The translations under genes were made by a program, and so were the position numbers. The notes beneath the pieces are model-generated. The model made no database searches, was not told the DNA's origin, and was given only the letters and a program-made list of their open reading frames with translations. This document shows, piece after piece, positions 30,754-37,559 of a DNA stretch of 37,559 bases; position 1 is the first letter of the stretch, and each line of letters starts with the position of its first letter. Location of the stretch: positions 62,001 through 99,559 of IMG/VR virus record IMGVR_UViG_3300001605_000013; one strand, written 5' to 3'. The stretch comes from an uncultured virus (IMG/VR IMGVR_UViG_3300001605_000013). Lineage: Duplodnaviria; Heunggongvirae; Uroviricota; Caudoviricetes.

Positions 30754-31154
30754 TAGTCCTCCTGATTATCTAGAGCATGATCAATGGTGTCAATAACGTG
30801 ATCAAAGTATGCGAACTTCTCGCTATCCCTTGCGTCTGTCAGGATCATGATAACAGTATCCCAATCTGATCGGGGCATAGAAACTTTTACCATTAGAATG
30901 GAACCTCCACAAATTGTGTTTTACCAATATACAGTGTGCCATCATTGGCATGAAATACCTTGGATTGATCGAAGGCATTTTCCTCAAAGGTTAGATAAAT
31001 ATCTAGCCAAGCGTGCTCAAAGTCATTTGACATTTTCATTTCGATTCCTCTCGACATAGTGGCCAATGCAATGGCCGTGGGGTTGGATTCTCTCGCCAGT
31101 TCTGGCATGTTTCGCATGTTTTCATGGTTTCACCTTAGCATAGGGGTCTGACAT

Positions 31155-31230
31155 TGGCGACCCTGATGGGATTCGAACCCACGACCTCCACCGTGACAGG
31201 GTGGCGAGCACTCCGCTGCTCTACAGGGCC
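31155..31230 (-). tRNA. tRNA-Asp(GTC), copy 2, CCA encoded
   Basis: Same body as copy 1; acceptor GGCCCTG/CAGGGTC. Confidence 0.95.
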
Positions 31231-31237
31231 AAGGTAC

Positions 31238-31438
31238 TTAGCGGCAAGGTTGCTGCCAAGCGTTCCAACTACCGATCTCACAATCGATGCAACGGTAGCA
31301 GTCATCAACTACACCAATACGGTGTGAGGCATCATTAGCCTGACGAACACTTTCAGGGATAGCCTGAAGGCGAGGCTTTTCGATAGTCTGATACCATTCT
31401 CCGTAGGAGAGGTGCATGTATTCCATTCGATTTGTCAT
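31238..31438 (-). CDS. small Cys-containing protein
   Basis: 66 aa, CYRCIDC; GAAAGG RBS behind a box promoter. Confidence 0.75.
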   Translation of the reverse strand: MTNRMEYMHLSYGEWYQTIEKPRLQAIPESVRQANDASHRIGVVDDCYRCIDCEIGSWNAWQQPCR

Positions 31439-31488
31439 TTTTCTAACCTTTCTTTCTATGCCCTAAGGCTATCATAGGGGTCTGACAT

Positions 31489-31635
31489 TTACACCAAGGA
31501 TAGGTGCTTGCCAGACTCTCCGATAGTTTGTACATCAAGCACACGCCCAAAGAATGTGGGGTGCTCGGTTGGGTCACCTTCGGTTTCTACACGCACGGTC
31601 TGACCATTGGTAAGTTTTACGAGGTAAACGAACAT
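31489..31635 (-). CDS. 48-aa protein, paralog A
   Basis: MFVYLVKLTNGQTVRVETEGDPTEHPTFFGRVLDVQTIGESGKHLSLV*. Confidence 0.85.
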   Translation of the reverse strand: MFVYLVKLTNGQTVRVETEGDPTEHPTFFGRVLDVQTIGESGKHLSLV

Positions 31636-31667
31636 TTTATTTCCTAACTTTTCGTTTCTTTCTATGT

Positions 31668-31859
31668 CTAAAGCCTAGCACGGGGGTCTGACATTGGGGG
31701 GTAGATTTGTTCAGAAACAATGCGCTCACGCCAGATAGTTCTGTGCTCTGGCTCGATATGTCCCCGCTCATGTACTCGTGCATATTCTGCCTTCTCAAGC
31801 GTGTCATATGAAGCCGCAAAGTCTCCGTCAAGAGAAACAAAGTAGGTCCATTTATTCAT
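31668..31859 (-). CDS. small leaderless hypothetical protein
   Basis: TAGGAT-6 bp-ATG; 63 aa. Confidence 0.7.
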   Translation of the reverse strand: MNKWTYFVSLDGDFAASYDTLEKAEYARVHERGHIEPEHRTIWRERIVSEQIYPPMSDPRARL

Positions 31860-31887
31860 GATGAAATCCTAGCACTAGGGTCTGACA

Positions 31888-32034
31888 TTACACCAAAGAC
31901 AGGTGCTTGCCATACTCTCCAATAGTTTGGACATCAAGCACTCGACCAAAGAAGGTAGGGTGCTCGGTTGGGTCACCTGCGGTTTCTACACGCACGGTCT
32001 GACCATTGGTAAGGGTAACTAGGTAAATAAACAT
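31888..32034 (-). CDS. 48-aa protein, paralog B
   Basis: MFIYLVTLTNGQTVRVETAGDPTEHPTFFGRVLDVQTIGEYGKHLSLV*. Confidence 0.85.
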   Translation of the reverse strand: MFIYLVTLTNGQTVRVETAGDPTEHPTFFGRVLDVQTIGEYGKHLSLV

Positions 32035-32142
32035 TCTTTATCCTTTCGATCTAGTAATTAGATCCTAACACAGGGGTCTGACATTGGAAGCGTTTACAAT
32101 CCCATATGTCCGATTTTGTTTTATAACAGTTTGGTAACAAAG

Positions 32143-32286
32143 TTATCCACATATCCACAGAAGTTATCCACAAGACGAAAAGTTGTTTATTTGCAAGGGT
32201 TTTTTAGGCTAAAAAGTTGTTGCAATATAAGGGTTTTCAGGGTTTTCCACATAACTACATAAGAGCTGTGGATAACCTGTGGAAAA
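32143..32286. promoter_or_regulatory. DnaA-box cluster 1 (3 perfect, 3 one-mismatch)
   Basis: TTATCCACA 32143 and 32164; TGTGGATAA 32267; variants at 32151, 32243, 32278. Confidence 0.8.
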
Positions 32287-32417
32287 CGGGCCGGGCTGCA
32301 AAATCCCTTTAATACCAACAACTTTTAGACGTTTACTGCATAGACAGCACAACCAATTACAAAAACAAAAACCAAAAATAATGAAGGCACAAAAAACTCC
32401 TTTAGTATCAACAACTT

Positions 32418-33255
32418 TTAGGCGCGGTGGTTATCCAGGAACTGATCTATCAAATTATTAGGAACCCAAGGGTACACACATGTATCTGATTCAGCAGGTG
32501 ATCCATCATGATACTCTGCAAACTCTGGAATGATTTGTGTTACCCATTCATTATCTTTGAAGAATGCTAATTCACTTTGTGTTTTGCTAGAGTAAGTTCC
32601 ATGACCCACAACAACAGAAACAGTATCTGCTAACGCATGATGAATTTTTATTTTCATGATTAACCTTCTAAGTATTGAGCGGTAGCGGAAACAAAATCAA
32701 TCGCGTTAGGTTTGCGATCAAATGCAAACGTGAATGCATCTAGTTCGTTGTTTAGATAGTTGTATACGTTGGCGGTATGCGAACCGTTCCAAACAATTTG
32801 CAGGGTAGGTGTATTGATTTGCATTTCAGACCTCCAACAATTCGAATGATTTGATAGAACTACCTGCGTTAATAACGCCTTGCAAAGTTGCAACGATCAT
32901 TTCTGATTCTGTTGCCAATTCTGGTAGGGGGTGGGTCATGGTGTGTTCACCATAGACACTGACAGATGTTACCTTGAGAGATTTCATTTTTTTTCCTTTG
33001 TTTGTTTAAGTTGATTATATAGTGAGGGTCTGACATTTATGCCCTCATTAGGGGGTATCTAGATAACAGTTAGATAACGGTTATCGTTACGTTTTCCCAA
33101 ACCTCTTGGGCGCAAGTGGAGCAACGCTCACACATTGGCGTAGTTTGGACAGTACCGCTAGACAGTACGCGAGAGACATTCTCTATCGCATTATGACGAG
33201 TAGCAGATGAGAGGCATAGGAAGCCATTGCACTTGATTTTGTTTACAGTGATCAT
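32418..33255 (-). CDS. small hypotheticals (32418-32657, 32660-~32825, 33070-33255 zinc-binding)
   Basis: ORFs with RBS; 33070 ORF has CxxxxC and CxxCxxC. Confidence 0.65.
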
Positions 33256-33594
33256 TTTATGATCCTTTCTTTTGTTTCTTTATCTTGTAGCCCTAGGCTA
33301 TCATAGTTTGTTTAGTTTGTCAAGTTTTTGGGGGTGTGAGTTAGATCACTTTTTTAGATCTTCGTTGCACTTGTAGCAAACCCGATTTACGTTGGTAACA
33401 TGACCTTTACCGTCTAGGCAGAACCCATTAGGTGCTAGTACTTTACCTTCTAGTGTGAAACTGTTGAACATTTTATTTCTTCTTTCTTTCTAACTTGTTT
33501 ATCTTTATGAGTGTAACTCTAGCACACAATTACCAAAAAGTCAAGAGACAAAACGGACATTTAGATGAACAATAGATGAACAACAATTCACAAG

Positions 33595-33692
33595 TTATCC
33601 ACAAGATAGGATGTCAAATCGACACGCCGATTTTAGGGAAATTGTTACATAAGCGTAACCTTAACATAAGCCTGTGGATAACCTGTGGAAAA
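33595..33692. promoter_or_regulatory. DnaA-box cluster 2
   Basis: TTATCCACA 33595; TGTGGATAA 33673; TGTGGAAAA 33684. Confidence 0.8.
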
Positions 33693-33779
33693 CTGTCCGG
33701 CCTCGAAAATCCCTTTAATACCAACAACTTTTCGGTGTATCTCACGACTAGCAAAAAGTTGTTTAGTACCAACGGTTTT

Positions 33780-33986
33780 TTATGGTGTCCAAGTATAGGG
33801 GTAGTCTCCATTAGGTAGTGCATCAAACGAACAGCCTGCATCTAATGCGGCTTGCACGTTATTGCTTGCTTGAAATTTTGCACACTGTTCTTGTGCGTCC
33901 ATCATTCCCGCTACTCCCATGATTGCAACCATGAAAGACAACAGAGCAACGATAGCAACGCGCTCACCTCGTTTAGTTAGATTCAC
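33780..33986 (-). CDS. small single-TM protein
   Basis: GTG start, MNLTKRGERVAIVALLSFMVAIMG. Confidence 0.7.
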   Translation of the reverse strand: MNLTKRGERVAIVALLSFMVAIMGVAGMMDAQEQCAKFQASNNVQAALDAGCSFDALPNGDYPYTWTP

Positions 33987-33987
33987 T

Positions 33988-34152
33988 TCACACCCCCACT
34001 GCTTGCATGAATCGAACGCGATCAAATTTCGGATTATCGTCTGCAAAATAATCTGCAAACTCTTTTGCAATTGCTTGCACCACATCACTAGATTCATCTA
34101 GGTATTCATTTAGAATTTCAGCGGTAACTACATAGTCTTTGCGTGTCATCAT
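33988..34152 (-). CDS. 54-aa conserved phage protein (not in ORF track)
   Basis: MMTRKDYVVTAEIL...DDNPKFDRVRFMQAVGV*; AAGGA RBS. Confidence 0.8.
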   Translation of the reverse strand: MMTRKDYVVTAEILNEYLDESSDVVQAIAKEFADYFADDNPKFDRVRFMQAVGV

Positions 34153-34326
34153 TTTACTGTCCTTTGTTAGTTTTCTTCTTTGTTGAATTCAATTTCTTCT
34201 TGGACTAGTCTAATGACATATCCAAGGATAGTTCCTGTAAGAATAAAGATTGCGACATCTAATAGCATTTCATTTCTCATTTCTTTTTGTTGATTAGATA
34301 TTACCATGGGGGGTATGACAGTGGAG

Positions 34327-34446
34327 TTATGGGCGTACCCACTTTCCATTGACGTTGTTCCATTCGCCACAACCTGGGCACTCCATTGCAACGATAGCAG
34401 GGGCAGGCTTGCCATGACCTTGGCATGGTGTCTTTCGTGTTTTCAT
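34327..34446 (-). CDS. 39-aa Cys-containing peptide
   Basis: MKTRKTPCQGHGKP...ECPGCGEW...VRP*; purine-rich leader. Confidence 0.5.
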   Translation of the reverse strand: MKTRKTPCQGHGKPAPAIVAMECPGCGEWNNVNGKWVRP

Positions 34447-34479
34447 TTTCTATCTCTTTTCTTTCTAGTTTGTGGGGGT

Positions 34480-34546
34480 GAGAGGAGCGATTATTTGCTA
34501 GGCTCATGTCTTTCGACCTTATTTGCTAGGCTCACGCTCTACTCTC
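34480..34546 (-). ncRNA. two-fold symmetric structured RNA
   Basis: Outer stem, two copies of UGAGCCUAGCAAAUAA, inner GUC-GAAA-GAC hairpin; just downstream of a promoter. Confidence 0.7.
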
Positions 34547-34619
34547 TATTTATTTGTAGTCTTAGACTATCATAGGGGTCTGACATTTCAGCCCTTATTT
34601 GAGGGGTGTTTGGTAACGA

Positions 34620-34832
34620 TTAGATAACGGTTACCAGATCAGTGAAGGTGTATCCACTACCGTTAGGGTAGACAACCTTGATGGTGATTCCATCATTGAC
34701 ATTGTGGAAGGCTTCTACCACAGTACCCTCGCCTCTCCATGAGGCTAGGACAGTGCGACCGATCCACTCATGAGCGATAGGACGGGGGGCTATGTGAGAG
34801 CCAACGATTTTTCTAGCGGTTTGGAGATTCAT
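34620..34832 (-). CDS. small SH3-like protein, first leftward gene
   Basis: 70 aa, IGRTV...GEGTVVE. Confidence 0.7.
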   Translation of the reverse strand: MNLQTARKIVGSHIAPRPIAHEWIGRTVLASWRGEGTVVEAFHNVNDGITIKVVYPNGSGYTFTDLVTVI

Positions 34833-35037
34833 TTTCTTACCTAACTTTCTTTCTTACTTTGTTTTATCTTATGGCGACAGTCTAGCACGGGGGTCTGACA
34901 TTGACCGATAATAGGACACATTAGGCAACGGTATCCGCAGATATGACTAGATAAATCAACGAATACAGTTGTATGTATNGGTAATAAAAAATTCTTCAGT
35001 CGACTTTTGATTACTTTGATACGAATATCGTTGATAG

Positions 35038-35057
35038 TTATCCACAGGTTATTCACA
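35038..35057. promoter_or_regulatory. DnaA-box pair 3, beside an AT-rich tract
   Basis: TTATCCACA-GG-TTATTCACA. Confidence 0.75.
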
Positions 35058-35254
35058 AACCAGCGAGGTGGTCACACTATTATAAATCGGACATTTAGTA
35101 CAAAATGCGTACCGTACATTTCCGTAAAATATTAAATTTTACTCAAAACTGAAAATACAAAAATTTTAAACTTTTACCAAATATGAAAATCGAAGGTATA
35201 CAAAAATATTAAACTTTTGTCAAATGTAAAATATTTTTATTGTATAATATATAT

Positions 35255-35728
35255 ATGAAGTTTATAGCAGATATATCAAAAAAAACATGGGAAGTAATAG
35301 AAGAAGAAACTTTTAAATCTCAGCGTCATATATCAATTGGTTTTGTTGACAACAAAAAAGATCAAGTATTTTTCGATAATCTTTTTTTTGGTGCAAATAT
35401 GAAGTGTGGAGATAAAGAGCTATCTTTTTCTTTTCCAAAAAACGGTATATCCTACATATCAACTGATCAAAAAATAATTGAATCTTTTTCTTTTGAGACA
35501 AAAGCTGATGATAATTGGGAAGTAACTGTTTGGGCAGAAAACTCGGGGGAATTAATGACCAAAACAGTAAACATTTTTATTGAAAAACCAGATAAGCCAT
35601 TCGAGTCCTGGTTATGGAATGATGAACTTCAGTTATGGTCTCCTCCCATCCCCTATCCAAAAGATGATCTAAAGTATCTGTGGAATGAAGAAGATAAACA
35701 GTGGAAAATATTTCATCCTGAATCTTAG
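35255..35728 (+). CDS. hypothetical protein with Trp/Pro-rich C-terminal phage domain
   Basis: PFESWLWN...WSPPIPYP...YLWNEE; leaderless after TATAAT 35243. Confidence 0.75.
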   Translation: MKFIADISKKTWEVIEEETFKSQRHISIGFVDNKKDQVFFDNLFFGANMKCGDKELSFSFPKNGISYISTDQKIIESFSFETKADDNWEVTVWAENSGELMTKTVNIFIEKPDKPFESWLWNDELQLWSPPIPYPKDDLKYLWNEEDKQWKIFHPES

Positions 35729-35746
35729 TTGGAGTGTGATACGTAT

Positions 35747-35968
35747 ATGTCATGTTCAAGTTGTAGAAAAAGAGTCACACCATTTGACTTATTAGATAAG
35801 TCTAAATATACAGATGAAAAAACGCGGGATGCCAGATACGATATATGTCTTGGATGCGATAGATTATTCAAGCCAACAAGTACATGTAAAGAATGTAAAT
35901 GTTTTATGAACAGAAAAACATGGCTAAAAGATGCATCATGTCCTTTAGGCAAATGGGATGCTGTATAA
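35747..35968 (+). CDS. Cys-rich small protein
   Basis: RYDICLGC...CKECKCFM..KTWL...CPLGKW. Confidence 0.8.
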   Translation: MSCSSCRKRVTPFDLLDKSKYTDEKTRDARYDICLGCDRLFKPTSTCKECKCFMNRKTWLKDASCPLGKWDAV

Positions 35969-36011
35969 AAAAAATGTTATAATGTATTTACAACTAAAAA
36001 AGGAGTTACAT

Positions 36012-36242
36012 ATGTCACAAGAAACAAAAGCCATGCTTAAGTCATGGCTCAATGTGTTTGTTGCAGCAGTCATCACAGCACTACTTGTTGTTATTGTTGA
36101 TAGTCAAACTCTAGCTCTTGATTGGAAAGCAGTAGAAGCAGTTATCATTGCAGGACTGGTTGCAGTTCTTCCAGTTGTTAAGAACTATTTTGACAAGAAC
36201 GATCCACGCTACGGAAGGGTCTCTTCGGACACTACGGAGTAA
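36012..36242 (+). CDS. probable holin
   Basis: 76 aa, two TM helices, C-terminal YFDKNDPRYG; AAGGAG RBS. Confidence 0.7.
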   Translation: MSQETKAMLKSWLNVFVAAVITALLVVIVDSQTLALDWKAVEAVIIAGLVAVLPVVKNYFDKNDPRYGRVSSDTTE

Positions 36243-36682
36243 TGAATAAAGTTTTAGGGACGCTTCCAGTTGGTTTGAGGGAGCGTCCTTTAGACTTTTA
36301 TACTGTATTCGTGTTATTTTTGGTGGGGGTATATGGAATTGTAGACGACAATTTTCCAGAAAGATTTCAGCAACCCATCTCTGCTATCTTTGTCAATATA
36401 ATATCTGTATATCTTATTATTGCTGCTTCTCTGGTTATGTCGTCATTATTTTGCAATAAGAAAAACAAGCCAGTCTATGCCTATATGACAGAATTCTTTG
36501 GATGGATGCTTATTACTGCGGCTTCTGTAGCAGCATCATTACTATACATAGCCTCCATTGTTTTAGGTTATCCCAATTCCTGGGCTCTGTGGTCTATTTG
36601 GCTTCTTATTTGGATTGGTATGGCAGTTGCATCTTTTATTAGAACGTATGATTTATATAATTTAACAAGGAGATCACGATAA
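36242..36682 (+). CDS. four-TM membrane protein
   Basis: Four hydrophobic segments; coupled to the holin-like gene. Confidence 0.75.
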   Translation: MNKVLGTLPVGLRERPLDFYTVFVLFLVGVYGIVDDNFPERFQQPISAIFVNIISVYLIIAASLVMSSLFCNKKNKPVYAYMTEFFGWMLITAASVAASLLYIASIVLGYPNSWALWSIWLLIWIGMAVASFIRTYDLYNLTRRSR

Positions 36683-36683
36683 T

Positions 36684-37025
36684 ATGGATGCATTATGGAT
36701 AGCGATTGTAGGAGTATTGGCGGCACCGATAGCGGCGTTTGTCACCTGGTTTTTAAATAGGAAGAAGAATTACGCAGACCTATATAGCGTTCTGTCAGAA
36801 TCATCCCAAACAGCGGTAGAAACCATGCAATTGACTATGCAAGAACTACGCATTGAATTAATAGAAGCAAAGAATAAGATAGAAGACCTTATTGTCGAAA
36901 ATGAATTGCTTCGCAATGATCTTCACGAACTAAAAGCACAAAATGAGCAATTGATTCTAGAAAATCGTGCATTTAAGTTAAAGATAGAAGAGCTTACCGC
37001 TACCATTAGAGATATGAACAACTAG
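36684..37025 (+). CDS. membrane-anchored coiled-coil protein (lysis-cassette type)
   Basis: N-terminal TM helix followed by a long heptad region. Confidence 0.75.
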   Translation: MDALWIAIVGVLAAPIAAFVTWFLNRKKNYADLYSVLSESSQTAVETMQLTMQELRIELIEAKNKIEDLIVENELLRNDLHELKAQNEQLILENRAFKLKIEELTATIRDMNN

Positions 37026-37288
37026 TTGCTCTTTCGTGCATGTGTTCGAACAGCATGACAATTTGCACAGACTACTTCACACTTATCCATTTCTTTTTTA
37101 ATAGTTTCCCACGCATAATCACTACGAATAAGATTTGATACGCTTGCTTTTTTATTGTCCTCTATGTGATCAAACTGGAGAGCATATGGACTCTCTTTAT
37201 ACCCGCAATCCTTACACCCTTCAAGTGTTTTAATGATTCCAGAAAGTCTCCACTTTGCAGCGCGTTTTTTCGCACGTTTACTTTTCAT
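37022..37288 (-). CDS. small HNH endonuclease
   Basis: CKDC, LQFDH, CEVVCANCHAVRT. Confidence 0.88.
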   Translation of the reverse strand: MKSKRAKKRAAKWRLSGIIKTLEGCKDCGYKESPYALQFDHIEDNKKASVSNLIRSDYAWETIKKEMDKCEVVCANCHAVRTHARKSN

Positions 37289-37559
37289 GTTTATACCTCC
37301 ATTCTGAAAACAACATATCTTGTTTGCTACAATTACAAGAAATACATAAAATTTGCAAATTTCCTATTCCGTGCGTTCCTCCGCGATTTAGTGGAATTAT
37401 ATGGTCAAGAGATAGCTCTATTTTCGCGCCGCAAAAAAAGCAACAGGACGTATTTAATTTTTTATAATCTTTTTTAGATATATGAAATGATTGAGCATTT
37501 TTTCTTATTGCCCTTCGTCTAGCATTTATTTCATTTACCTTTGTTTTATTTTTCTTTTT

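Larger units (their letters stand above)
28388..34900 (-). promoter_or_regulatory. ten leftward promoters carrying TGTCAGACCC in the spacer
   Basis: + strand (G)GGGTCTGACA at 28388, 29851, 31143, 31477, 31683, 31878, 32073, 33026, 34575, 34890, each next to a TANNNT -10. Confidence 0.85.

Noticed and set aside
31155..31230. tRNA-Asp duplicates as attP/attL-attR
   Set aside because: Both copies are full length, they differ at the 3' acceptor strand, and no integrase is in the window
31143..32083. Integron cassette array
   Set aside because: No attC-like inverted structure or integrase; the repeats are promoter elements
32300..32419. IHF sites (TATCAA-N4-TTT) as the explanation of the 27-bp element
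   Set aside because: Only a partial match, and actinobacterial IHF is unrelated to the E. coli protein and does not use that consensus
29945..33841. ORFs 29945-30130, 32279-32461, 33576-33818 and 33614-33841 sharing KIPL.PT.F-like peptides
   Set aside because: They are translations of the 27-bp intergenic repeat, not proteins
34491..34534. 16-bp direct repeat as a mini-CRISPR
   Set aside because: Only two short repeats with a 12-bp self-complementary spacer, and no cas genes

Overview
37.6-kb segment of a large, low-GC tailed phage that most likely infects an Actinobacterium (WhiB gene, MSMEG_6728/DenV-like glycosylase, many leaderless sigma-A promoters; host is inference). Four blocks: (1) 1-18.4 kb rightward: nucleotide/regulatory genes, a glycan-modification set (five glycosyltransferases, carbamoyltransferase, methyltransferase, glycoside hydrolase) interleaved with five tRNAs, then small hypotheticals; (2) 18.4-18.9 kb AT-rich convergence zone; (3) 18.9-35.0 kb leftward, early/host-takeover-like array of very small genes, four tRNA genes and unusually structured intergenic DNA; (4) 35.2-37.3 kb rightward membrane/lysis-type genes and an HNH nuclease. 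The most unusual content is non-coding and lies in block 3. By manual scan, CCGG occurs only seven times, always inside A-tract-flanked intergenic modules. These modules also carry a 27-bp pseudo-palindrome (11 copies), tandem DnaA boxes and CRP-like sites. Ten promoters share a TGTCAGACCC box in the spacer and delimit gene cassettes, including a duplicated 48-aa gene. There is also a promoter-proximal two-fold symmetric RNA (34480-34546) and a compact structured-RNA operon (26829-27260). Protein calls are from motif recognition only, and counts are manual.
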